Source: Squalus acanthias
Lineage: Eukaryota
Length of the DNA: 64,000 nucleotides
Assembly: GCA_030390025.1 (NCBI GenBank)
Contig: CM059431.1
Coordinates: 108,874,001 to 108,938,000, forward strand
Direction: 5' to 3'
In this document: positions 50,771 through 62,411 of the stretch, piece by piece
Layout of the letters: each line of letters opens with the position of its first letter
Position numbering within the stretch: position 1 is the first letter of the stretch
Program-made: the position numbers and the translations under genes
Notes under the pieces: generated by a model
Database searches by the model: none
What the model was told of the DNA's origin: nothing
Seen by the model: only the letters and a program-made list of their open reading frames with translations

Positions 50771-51334
50771 TAATATAATAATAATAGGTTATAGAGATAT
50801 GTTGTCTGTAAAATAAAGCAGCTTAATGATTCATATCTGGCCTTGTCTCACTGAGTATTTCAATTTTCCTTCACAAAGTTTTCCTTCACAAAGATTGGGG
50901 AAGCGCATATGAGAGCACGGGCAACAGGCAAAATATCTAGTTTGGATCACAGAGGGGATCCTATTGTTAAACCTTGGGTTATGCTATCAATGAATCATCA
51001 ATAAGTCTGACTCTCCCCTTGGGCTGTTGGTCTCCAGACACCATCTCATGCAATTCTCAAAATGAGTAGAAACCATTGTGCTTTAATCCTCTGAAATGAG
51101 TCAATTGCTTCTTATTGTTTCCACTTGAAGTAGACTGTGAGCTATAACATTCCACAAACAGGCTCATTCAGCCTTAATACACATCTTTAACATCTGTGGC
51201 TTTTTTAAAACAAACCTATGTAAATTCACTTTGTTTTAAAACGCACACTTCCATAATAAAAAACATTTAAAATCCCCAAATGGAGGTTAACTACCTCAGA
51301 GAGCACGACCTACTGAACCTGTACACAACTTCCA

Positions 51335-51735
51335 GACCCAATGTTGAATGTTGGCATTGTTTCTGCTTCAACCACTAACCCTACACATGAATTCCACAGC
51401 CTCACAATCTTGTGTAAAGAAGTTTCTCTTGCTCTCTGTTCTAAATCTCTCACACTTAATCTTATATCTATGGCCCCTTGGTCTAGAACCCTCAGCTACT
51501 GGAAACAGTCTGCTACCCTGTCCATCATAGAATAGAATCATAGAAATTTACAGCACGAAAGGAGGCCATTTCGGCCCATCGTGTCCGTGCCGGCCGACAA
51601 AGAGCTATCCAGCCCAATCCCACTTTCCAGCTCTTGGTCCGCAGCCCTGTAGGTTACGGCACTTCAAGTGCGCATCCAAGCACTTTTTAAATGTGGTGAG
51701 GGTTTCTGCCTCTACCACACCCTTTCATAATCTTA
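51335..51735 (-). mobile_element. Two CR1 3' fragments
   Basis: GAATTCCACAG..CACA block and a (CATAGAAT)n tail at ~51527, reverse complement of 31930-32118. Confidence 0.8.
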
Positions 51736-51796
51736 AACATTTCTCCATAAACTGCATAAACCCTTCTTTCATGGAGCCCTTACCATTGGGTTCATT

Positions 51797-52028
51797 ATGA
51801 CCGTTCCCATATATGTGCTTAAGGTGGAGGCAGAACAAGAGTGGAAGGAAGAGGAAATGGTAGAGGCACGCAGGATAAGGTTGAAGCAAAGAAGATGATC
51901 AACTATGAGGTACCCTTCCACAGAGTCTACAGATCACAGCAAGGAAGAGGTCAGCTTAAGGAGGCAACAGTTCAGTAAACAGGGTGTAGAAGGGCCTCTG
52001 TGTCCCATTGCAAATTGACTTCCAGCCA
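51797..52028 (+). pseudogene. Probable Harbinger (HARBI1-like) transposase N-terminal remnant
   Basis: Hand translation across a stop and frameshifts: MTVPIYVLKVEAEQEWKEEEMVEARRIRLKQRR*STMRYP/HRVYR.../LRRQQFSKQGVEG/LCPLQIDFQP, resembling R.YP..RVYR...RRLRF.K..V..IC.LL..DLQP. Confidence 0.5.
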
Positions 52029-52290
52029 TCCACTCAAACACAAAATCCAAGCAAAGAGCAGATGTACTTTGGAACAATGGACTCTGTGGCCCTAAAATTC
52101 CTCAGGGGTTCTCCTTCCCTCAGAGTGTCACTCAGCTGGGAGGCCAGCTAACACCCCAGAGTTTTGGTGTAAATGCTGGTTTTCAACTGTTTGTGCCACT
52201 TATCTAATACATTGGCACGCTAGATGGCATTGAACTACATTGTGAACCCTGCTTTCTGTCTCAGGTCCCCCGAGCCTCCAGGGGAGTGTG

Positions 52291-54165
52291 ATAGAAACAT
52301 AGAAACATAGAAAATAGGTACAGGAGTAGACCATTCGGTCCTTCGAGCCTGCACCGCCATTCAATGCGTTCATGGCTGAACATGCTACCTCAGTACCCCA
52401 TTCCTGCTTTCTCGCCATACCCCTTGATCCCCCTAGTTGTGAGTGTTATATCTAACTCCCTTTTGAATATATTTAGCGAACTGGCCTCAACAACCTTCTG
52501 TGGAAGAGAATTCCATAGATTCACCACTCTCTGGGTGAAGAAGTTCCTCCTCAGCTCAGTCCTAAATGGCTTCCCCTTAATCCTTAGACTGTGACCCCTG
52601 GTTCTAGTTTTCCCTACCATTGGGAACATTCTGCCCGCATCTAATTTGTCTAAACCAGTCAGGATTTTAAATGTCTCTATAAGATCCCCCCTCATTCTTC
52701 TGAACTCCAGAGGATACAAGTTCAGTTGACCCAATCTTTCTTGATATGTCAGTCCGGCCATCCCAGGAATCAATCTAGTGAACCTTCGCTGCACTCCCTC
52801 AATAGCAAGAATGCCCTTCCTTAAGTTAGGAGACCAAAACTGCGCACAATACTCCAGGTGTGGCCTCACCAAGGCCCTGTACAACTGCAGCATCACCTCC
52901 CTACTCCTGTACTCAAATCCCCTTACTATGAAGGCCATCATTCCGTTTGCTTTCTTGACTGCCTGCTGCACTTGCATTCCCACCTTCAATGACTGATGTA
53001 CCATGATGCCCAGGTCTCGTTGCACCTCCCCTTTCCCTAATCTGCCACCATTCAGGTAATAGTCCGCCTCTCTATTTTTACCACCAAAGTGGATAACCTC
53101 ACATTTATCCACATTGTACTTCATCTGCCATACATTTGCCCATTCACCCAACCTGTCCAAGTCACTCTGTAGCCTCCTAGCATCCTCCTCATTGTTCACA
53201 CTGCCTCCCAATTTAGTGTCATCCGCAAATTTGGAGATATTACATTTAATCCCTTCGTCCAAATCATTAATATATAATGTAAACAGCTGGGGTCCCAGCA
53301 CCGAACCCTGCGGTACCCCGCTGGTCACTGCCTGCCATTCTGAAAAGTACCCATTTACTCCTACTCTTTGTTTCCTGTGTGCCAACCAGTTCTCAATCCA
53401 CGTCAACACATTACCCCCAATCCCATGTGCTTTAACTTTGCTCACCAATCTCTTGTGTGGAACCTTGTCGAAGGCCTTCTGAAGGTCCAAATACACCACA
53501 TCTACAGGTTCCCCCCTGTCCACCCTATTGGAAACATCCTCAAAAAATTCCAGAAGATTTGTCAAGCATGATTTCCCTTTCACAAATCCATGCTGACTTG
53601 GACCTATCATGTCGCCACTTTCCAAATGGTCTGTTATGACATCTTTAATAATTGCTTCCATCATTTTACCCACAACCGATGTCAGGCTGACCGGTCTATA
53701 ATTCCCTGCTTTCTCCCTCCCTCCTTTTTTAAAAAGAGGGGTTACATTGGCCACCCTCCACTCCATCGGAACTGATCCAGAGTCTAAGGAATGTTGGAAA
53801 ATGATCGTCAATGCATCCACTATTTCCAAGGCCACCTCCTTAAGTACTCTGGGATGCAGACCATCAGGCCCCGGGGATTTTTCAGCCTTCAGTCCCATCA
53901 ATTTTCCCAATACCTTTTCCCGACTAATAAGGATTTCCCTCAGCTCCTCCCTCTTACCAGATCCTCTGACCCCTTTTATTTCCGGCAGGTTGTGTGTGTC
54001 CTCCACAGTAAACACCGAACCAAAGTACTTGTTCAATTGATCTGCCATTTCCTTGTTCCCCATTACGACTTCCCCTGTTTCCGACTGCAGGGGACCTACG
54101 TTTGTTTTTACTAACCTCTTTCTTTTTACATATTTATAGAAGCTTTTGCTGTCCATTTTAATGTT
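52291..54165 (-). mobile_element. Young 5'-truncated CR1 LINE with an uninterrupted 588-aa RT/C-terminal ORF (52390-54156)
   Basis: KSPGPDG, NYRPVSLTS, QHGF, DLQKAFD, GVPQGSVLGP, FADD, RPHLEY; no endonuclease; (TTCTATGT)n tail. Confidence 0.97.
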
Positions 54166-54304
54166 CTCTCATTCATTATTTTGTGTTTTTAGAGGAGGGC
54201 CCCAGAGATCTGAGTTTGCAGGCTCCAGAGCAATGGTTTGACTTCTGAAGTGCCTTTGCTCTCCAACGTCTGCACAGAAGGGTCAGGGGAAGTGGATAGT
54301 TTGC

Positions 54305-54510
54305 CTTTCCTGTTCTGGTGAGGTCATTATACTTCTTCCTGCACTGGAAAGAAGTCCTGGGGGTCGCGGAGGTGTCATTCACTGCCACAGTGACCTCCCT
54401 CCACAGACTGTAGACAACATGCTCGGTGGGTCCCAAACAGACCACCCTTCCTGGTCCGTGTCTCTGTTAGGAGAACATCCAAAGTTTCTGATGTTGGCTG
54501 CTCTTCCTTT
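54305..54510 (-). pseudogene. Myb/SANT-like (trihelix) DNA-binding domain remnant, Harbinger ORF type
   Basis: KGRAAN/SETLDVLLTETRTRKGGLFG/VYSLWREVTVAVNDTSATPRTSFQCRKKYNDLTRTGK across two frameshifts; W..V...VN......RT..QC.KK..DL signature; TIR-like GTTAAAATCTCCC at 54756-54768. Confidence 0.75.
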
Positions 54511-55969
54511 GGCCCTTACTGCTGTCCTACTTGCCCAGGTTGCCTGCCTCCTCCAATGCTGCAATAGCCCATTTAAGCAGCAAATTTTACATTCTACTGC
54601 TGTAGAATGTAGGTCTCTGCCTCTCCTCCAGCTGTTCGCCACCCCAATCTGGAAACCATTAATGTTCCTTCCTCTTGCCTGAGCGGGAATGGGGCCGCAA
54701 GTCGACCTCCTCGATCTTAACTCTGCTACGGCCCCATTTCCGCTGGGCGCAGAGAGTTAAAATCTCCCGATAAATTCTAGAAGTGCATGAGCTGCGCAGA
54801 GAGAGAAATATATAAAAAGAGAGACAGACAGAGAAGTGGAAACGAGAGGTCCTTTGAGGTCTACATAACAGAAGCAAGCTTGCCTCTTTTAATTGTAACC
54901 CACTATAAATCTGTGCATTAGAGGAGAAATAGTATTACACCGTAATTTTATGAAGTAATCCAAGTATAGCATAGACTCTGGAGCACAGCTTTCCATTCAT
55001 GTGACTGTGGTCACCCGTATAAATATTCAACTAGTACCAGCAACTGTATTAGACCTGTGTCTGTAGTGCTGGGCTTAGCCTGTTAGTGGGTAATATGTTA
55101 AGCCTGTGGTCTCCAGTCCTTCCTTGGCCTGTTCCGGCCTGTATTCTCTGTGCTGTACTCAACCCAGATTTTGGTTACAAGGCACAAATGGATAAAAAAA
55201 GTTAAAAGAAAAATTAAACAACATGTTGCTTTGCCCCTTGAAAGACCACATTTTAAGGATTTAAACCGAATTATTTTGATAGTGGTTTGTGAAGGAACAA
55301 CTTTACTGAAGGAAGCCAATCGTGGTCGCTAATGAGCAGCAACGTTAATTTCTGTATCCAACCACTTCACATTTGAAGTGGATGAGAGCCAATCTCGCAC
55401 TGGCCTTACTTGAAAGCCTCAGTTGTAATGAGCTAGATGAAAGCTCATTCCACCTTTCTTTTTACTACATTGTAATTTTTCAAGGTTTAATTTTGGTTTC
55501 TTAGCAGACCAAAGTAAATAGTATAAAGTGGCAGCTAATGTCCATTAAAATGTTATCGGACTCATTGAAAGTAAGAAGCGCATTTTAGGGAACAGTGTAG
55601 GTTTTAATTATATCCGTGCTGACCATTAAAAGATTTTCACTAATGTACCTTTTATGTGTGTGTTTAGGTGGGTGTATTTTCTTATTTTGCCCCCCTAAAT
55701 ACCAGAGGCTTATTTCGCTGGTCTCTGAACAGCAGAACCTTTAGATATGCTGCGGCTGGTACTGACCACTTAATTGGCCAGATTTGAGGTAAAGCCAGTT
55801 ACTGAAAATTACCAAGGGTCCCCAGAAGTGTCCCTGACAAATTTTTCAATAAAGTTATAAAATGTGGAGAAGTGAGGGGAAAGTTGACTGGTAGATTTTA
55901 CCTGTCGTGGATTTACACTGAGTGAACTTTGTCATTTCTGATACTCATTATAGCCAAAGTAAATTGATA

Positions 55970-56685
55970 GGGTAGGTTTTAAATTCCCTGGCCATGGGAA
56001 TTGGGCAGATGCAGTGGGAGGTTCAGATGGTTAAGAGGGTCGCGCAGCATTCCCGACATATTTACGCCCCTCCTCCCCACCATCTTAACTCACCTGAGAA
56101 CAGGCAAGAGAGGGCCACCCAACCCTGGCAGGCGGGGGCTTATGTTACATTGGAAAGTCACGGCGCACTGACGTCATTGACGGCACAACGGCCTTTTTAA
56201 CTTCGAGATTTGGGAGGCCTGAACAGGACCAACCCTTACAGCCGAGCCACAAAGGGAGTCGTGGAATGGTCAGAAGAGGCCACGGTAAGCTAAAAAAAAA
56301 TCTAACTTTTCTATGGAATCTTTGTGGTCCAGGAGGAGTGGGAGTGCTCAATCCGAGCCACGCAAGGAGTCCTTGGGCCTCCCCAGGCTTGGCTTTGCAT
56401 CTCGTTCCTAGCTGCCAACTCCCCTCCTCAATGCTAACTTCATGACAGGGACCATTCCCTTGGATACCTGGCTTCCTCGGGCTCCCGACTCTACTTGTTT
56501 TTCTCCCCCACTGCCGGCCCTGACATCACTCCTGGAGACTATCCTGCTTTGTTCAAAGGAGGCTCAGGAGTTAAAATGGCCTGGGCCTTACTCTGAACTC
56601 CACTCGTCGGTTCCCCTCCTGCCTGCCCCAAACAGCCCCCCCCTCCCCCCTCCACCCCCCGCCCCCCCTAGTTAAAATCAGCCAC
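55970..56685. mobile_element. Old non-autonomous Harbinger-like element
   Basis: GGGTAGGTTTTAA / TTAAAATCAGCC termini; GC-rich interior. Confidence 0.5.
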
Positions 56686-57079
56686 AATGTATCTGGGGCA
56701 ATCTGGTGGACTTACCAAACATGCCAGGTTTTCCACAGTGCCAACAAGCCAAAGGAGGATTACAGAGTAAATTTTATGAATTGGTGCTTCTGGCCCAGCG
56801 CTTCAGTTGACGGGAGAGCAGATTAGAATATCGGGTGCGGAGGTCAGGACAACCGATTTGCGGCACTCCGCAATTTACTGGAAGATTTCTCCAGACTACA
56901 TTGACTATTTTCCTATAAAATGCAATGGTTTTTCAGAGTGGGGGAAACATTTTGAATCAGGACGATAGGAACAACTCTAATATTAAATTTATGTTGCAGG
57001 ATCTCTTCCAATAGAAGCGGTTTCTCAATATGTTGCAGTACTGTTGTGCCGAATTTGTTTTGGGCATATTTAATGCAAT

Positions 57080-57632
57080 GCAACTGTAGTCTCAAAGAGG
57101 TCGGAATGCAAAAGTGAGGAAGTTATACGTTAGTTGTACAGAGCCTTGGTCAGTTCCCATCTGGAGTACTCGGTTTAGTTTTGGGTACTGTACCTCAGGA
57201 AGGATATATTGGCCTTGGAGGTAGTGCAGTGCAGATTCACCAGACTGATACCAGGGTTCAAAGGGTTAAATTATGAGGGCAGGTTGCGTCAACTTGGTTT
57301 GTATCCCCTTGAGTTTAGAAGGTTTGGGGTGATCTAATCAAGGTGATTAAAGGATTTGATAGGGTAGATACAGAGAAACTATTTCCTCTGGTGGGGGGAA
57401 TCTAGAACAAGAGGGCATAATCTTAAATTAGCACTAGGCCATTTAGGAGTGAAATCAGGAAACCCAAAGGGTAGTGGACATCTGGAAGTCTCACCCCCAA
57501 ATGGCTGTGGATGCTGGGTCAGTAGAAATTTTCAAGATTGAGATCGATAGATTTTTGTTAGGGAAGGGTAGAAAGCAATATGGAGCAAAAGTGGGTAAAT
57601 GGAGTTGAGGGACAGATCAGCCACAATCTAAT
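57080..57632 (+). mobile_element. Degraded CR1 3' fragment
   Basis: LYRALVSSHLEY, RKDILALE, RFTRLIPG remnants. Confidence 0.85.
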
Positions 57633-57634
57633 CA

Positions 57635-58102
57635 GTGTCAGCTGTGGCTCAGTGGGTAGCACACTCGCCTCTGAACCAGAAGGTTGTGGGTTCAAGTCCC
57701 ACTTCAGGGACTTGAGCACATAAAGCTAGGCTGACACTCCAGTGCAGTGCTGAGGGAGTGCTGCACTGTCGGAGGTGCCGTCTTTTGGATGAGACATTAA
57801 ACCGAGGCCCCGTCTGCTCTTTCAGGTGGATGTGAAAGATCCCACGGCACTATTTCGAAGAAGAGCAGGGTAGTTATCCCAGGTGTCCTGGGCCAATATT
57901 TATCCCTCAACCAACATAACAAAAACAGGTTATCTGGTCATTATCACATTGCTGTTTGTGGGACCTTGCTGTGCACAAATTGGCTGCCACGTTTCCCACA
58001 TCACAACAGTGACTCCACTTCAAAAGTACTTTATTGGCTGTAAAGCGCTTGGCGACGTCTGGTGGTCGTGAAAGGCGCTACATAAATGCAAGTCTTTCTT
58101 TT
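57635..58102 (+). mobile_element. Full-length DeuSINE (SacSINE1-like)
   Basis: A box TGGCTCAGTGG, B box GGTTCAAGTCC, core GGATGAGACATTAAACCGAGGCCCCGTCTGC, L2-like tail AAAGGCGCTACATAAATGCAAGT. Confidence 0.85.
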
Positions 58103-58566
58103 AATAGACCTTGGAGGGAAAAAGTATTCTTATTATCTCACATTCGTATTTAAAAGTACTTTGTCAGATTGTGGTCATTTTGCAAAACTTTGCCTTTAGT
58201 CTGCACAGAGCACAAAATAAAAGGGTTCCTTTCCAGGTTGTTTCCCTGGGCTCACAGTCAGTAAACACAGTACTCATAAAATACTAGCTCTTTCAAAATG
58301 CCACACTTGAGTGTAAATAATTGACGAGTTTCCTCTCCAAAGCGGGAGATCAAAGTCATTTTCTTTAGGAGCAGTGAGTTGGAGGGTACAAAACTTAGAA
58401 GGTGAGTTGACAATCCATCGGACGGCATGTCACTATCTCTGAGTATTCCAAGGGCAAACTTGCACCTTTATTTCCTGCTGAGCATTCCAAGCAACGGGGA
58501 GCTGAGGATCTTGGTATAGTTTGCATCTCATCAGCTGATTTCTTATTCTGGGATTCTTTACATGGC

Positions 58567-58780
58567 GGGCCAGATTTTTCCGACCCCCACAGGTGCGTAC
58601 GAGCCCGTAGGGGTTGCGCAAAGTGCCGGTTTTAGGCTTGCGAAACGCATGCGCTGAAACCCGGCACTTGCGATCTGTCAAGAATTCCTCCACCTGCCCG
58701 GGAGAAGTGCCTCTGTGGGTGGAGAGTTGCGCTTTCTACACAACTTCCGCCCGCTGAATGCCTGTCAAATTCTTACGCCA
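58567..58780 (-). mobile_element. MITE family B, inverted partial copy (right arm)
   Basis: Reverse complement of ~36615-36837 and ~63675-63883. Confidence 0.8.
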
Positions 58781-59624
58781 GTGCAATCGTTTTACCGCGC
58801 TCTTTATCTCTAGTTTAAGAAAAAATCAAGCCAGAAGCCAGCCCCGCCCCAAAACTGGCCACGCCCCCAGATCGAATAAATCATCCATGGCGAATTTCCG
58901 CTAATTGTGAGCAGGTGCAGTGGGGGGCTAAGTTGGCTGCAGGAAGTCACATTTCATTTTTTAAAATTCATTTTCAGTTGTTTCAAATCGGGTTACTCAC
59001 GGGTGGTGGACACGACACTCTGATTATAAAGGCTTATTTTTTGTGATAAACCCATTTTCAGCTGTATTAATCAAACTTCACCAGGTTAGCACTCTTAAAT
59101 ACATCAAGGAATATTTGCAAATGAGTTTGAGCGGAAACTTGTGAAAGAAAAACACTTCTCAGAAATAATGTAAGTTTGGGCGCAATTTGCGCCCGGATCG
59201 CCAATGGCACCCTAAATGGAAACTCTACCCCAGTAAGTTTACCTTGTGCTCACATGGTATTTCACAGATCAATATTTTATAGCTGTTCATCTAGTAATGG
59301 GCCAGATCTTGCTGGAAAAATAACAGCGTGTTAACGGCGCACACCATTATTAATGCGCTAATCAGCCAGGAAATTCAAGGGATTAAGAGACACACCATGA
59401 GTTGCGAATCTCCAGAACTTGCTGGTCAATTTATGCCGCTCCGCTATTTGCTTCACACAAATGGCATCTCGCCCTTAGCCGCCCTGTTATTTATTAAGAA
59501 CTTGTCGGATTTACATATTAATTGAATATTAAAATCACCACAGAAAGTTAATGCTGGTAATTAACAGCAGAAGTAACAATGTGATAATAGTTAATGCAGT
59601 ACCAATCAACCTCTCTGGCCCAGA

Positions 59625-61026
59625 AAGAACATAACAAATAAGAGCAGGAGTCGGCCATACGGCCCATCGAGCCTGCTCCGCCATTCAATAAGATCATGGC
59701 TGATCTTCTACCTCAACTCCACTTTCCCGCCCGATCCCCATGTCCCTTGATTCCATTAGTGCCCAAAAATCTATCGATCTCTGTCTTGAATATACTCAAC
59801 GACTGAGCATCCACAGCTCTCTGGGGTAGAGAATTCCAAAGATTCACAACCCGCTGAGTGAAGGAATTTCTGCTCATCTCAGTCTTAAATGGCCGACCCC
59901 TTATCCTGAGACTATGCCCCCTAGTCCTAGACTCTCCAGTCAGGGGAAACAACCTTTCAGCATCTACCCTGTCAAGCCGACTAAAAAATGTTATGGCCTG
60001 TAATTTCCGATAGGAGGTTTCCTGCGTGCGGATGCCTCCTATCGGAAAAAATCTACGCCCTTACCTGAGGGCTCCCGAGGTCCGGACACTTCCGCTCCTG
60101 GGCCTCTCCACAGTCGATATGCGCAGGGCCCACGTATCCCAGAGGCGCAGGCGGTTCGCAAGCGTCCCTGGGATCATGTGGGGCTGGCCAGCCAATAGGA
60201 GAAGGGAATCTCCCTTCATACTTTTGACAGATAGACCTGTCAAATATATGAATGGAGATCACCCCAAAAAGACACTAAAACATTAAATACATTTTTTTTA
60301 AAACCATCACGTTTTTAAATGAGTTAAAATTACAATAAATTAAATATTTTAAACAAAAATTTAATTTTTTGAAAAAAATAATTAAAGTTTTTTACAGGGC
60401 TGAAAAGAAACTTACCTTTTTTAAAAGTATTTTTAAATTATAAATGAGTGAAAAAAAATGTTTTAAACTTTTTTTCAACTCTTATGCTGGTAAAAGCAGG
60501 CCTTACGCTGCTTTTACCAGGCGTAAGATTTCTAAGGGTTTTCTGCGGGCGGAGGTTCTCCAGAAAGCGGAACTCTCCCCCCCCTCAGAGGCCCTTCTCT
60601 AGGGCAGGCATTCGGAATCTGTCAAGATCGGAAATGCCAAACCGGCATTTACGATGTCCCTACGGGTGTGTACACAGTGCGTACACACCTGTAGGCATCG
60701 GAATATACAGGCCATTATGTTTCAATAAGATTAACTCTCATTCTTCTAAACTCCAGAGAATATAGGCCCATTCTACTCAATCTCTCCTCGTAGGACGACC
60801 CTTTCATCCCAGGAATCAATCTGGTGAACCTTTGTTGCACCCCCTCTAAGGCAAGTATATCCTTCCTTAGGTCAGGAGACCAAAACTGTGCACAGTACTC
60901 CAGGTGTGGTCTCACCGAAGCCCTATATAATTGCATCAAGACATCCTTACTCTTGTAGTCTACCCCAATGCAATAAAGGCTAACATACCATTTGCCTTTC
61001 AAATTGCTTGCTGTACCTGGATGTTA
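59625..61026 (-). mobile_element. CR1 3' fragment split by a family B MITE
   Basis: ORFs 60715-61002 and 59713-59952 are consecutive CR1 ORF2 C-terminal segments. Confidence 0.92.
59995..60713 (+). mobile_element. MITE family B, copy 2
   Basis: GGCCTGTAATTTCCGAT / ATCGGAATATACAGGCC TIRs. Confidence 0.9.
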
Positions 61027-61319
61027 AAGAGAACATTTTAAACAATGGAGCCTCATTCCTTCAGGTGGTAAATTGTTTTTAGAGCTTTAAAAAATGTCAA
61101 ATTTTAAGTTCTAACCTTTTTTTTTTACTTTTCCTTTCTGTCTTCTTTTTTTCCTCTCTCTCTTAATCCAATTTTTTTTGTACAATGCGACTGAGACTGA
61201 CTGTCTCCATGAAATCCTGCCACAGCCTTTGTCACATTAAACACTCCATTCTACGCCAACACAGTCCACCTCCTGAGCACTCATGCCCGGTGCAGCACTA
61301 TCACTACATCTCTTCTAAT

Positions 61320-62365
61320 GGCTACTCCTCCCGTGCCTGGATGGTCACCTCTGGTCTGCCCAGAGCTCCATCTTCAGCCCCTTACTCCTAACCATCAGCA
61401 ATATGATATACAAGCACAAGGTCAGATTCTACAATTAAAAATTACTTTCCAAGTCCAACAAACAATCCAGTGGTGTTGTTAAGCTCTCTAACTGCCTGTC
61501 CAAGGTCAAGTATAGGGTGAGTAAAAATGTCACTCAGCAAAATGAAAGCTAGCCTCTTTGGAGTACTTGCATGCTTCGGGCCTTGACTCCGTCAACCTTC
61601 CCAATTGCCATGTCAGGCTATATTCAGAGGTGTGGAACCTTGACATCTAGTTCAACCTCAAGCTGATTTTTTGCCAAGACCACATTCTTTCACCTTTGGA
61701 ACACTGCCCGTCTATGTCATTACCATTCCCTTACCACAGCTCAGTTAACCCACAATGTCCTCACTTCAAGGTTCAATTTCTTCAGCAAAATCCTCAGAGG
61801 GCTCCACTCTCCACAAACCAAACTTTTTTAGAACCCCACACTATTCATTTGTGCCTTTAGCTCCACTGATCCGCTGCACACCAGTGAATTGATTGAAGAT
61901 CCTCATCCTCACTTCCAACTCCATCCATCGTCTCAAAAACTCGACCCGAGCAAACTCCTCCAGCCCTAAACCACTGCATGTTCCCTCTGCACCTCTGACA
62001 CAGGTTTATTGCTCATTTCCTACCATGTCTGCTCCACTATCGTTAACTATTCTTTGAGACATGAAGCCTCGGCCCTTTGGAAGTCTCTTTGAAAATACCT
62101 TCACCTTACCGCCCCTACTCCCTGCCTTTAAACCTTTCAGCCATCCTTTCAGTCCATAAGCTTTGGATCTCCCTCCCTAAACCTCTCCACCTCCCTTTCC
62201 TCTTTTAAAACCCTTCTTCAATCCCAACTCTTTGACCAAGCTGTTAATCACCCCTCCTGATGTCTCCTCCTTTGGCTCAGTGACATTTTTGTATGATTGC
62301 ACCTCTATGAAGCACCTTGGGACATTTTTCTACATTAAAGGCGCTATATAAACGTGAGTTGTTGT
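61320..62365 (+). mobile_element. Old degraded L2 plus a younger L2 3' end (~62160-62365)
   Basis: Pyrimidine-rich L2-like decay; terminal AAAGGCGCTATATAAA..GTTGTTG. Confidence 0.65.
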
Positions 62366-62411
62366 GCCCTTTGACTATGCCTTCACCCCATTGCAAATTT
62401 TTTGTTACCTT

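Larger units (their letters stand above)
47171..50987. mobile_element. Element with ~190-bp inverted repeats (47171-47365, 50800-50987) hosting nested L2 and CR1
   Basis: For example GAAAATTGAAATACTCAGTGAGACAAGGCCAGATATGAA has its exact reverse complement at ~50830-50868; similarity extends out to ATAGTGTAACCC / GGGTTATGCTAT. Confidence 0.8.
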
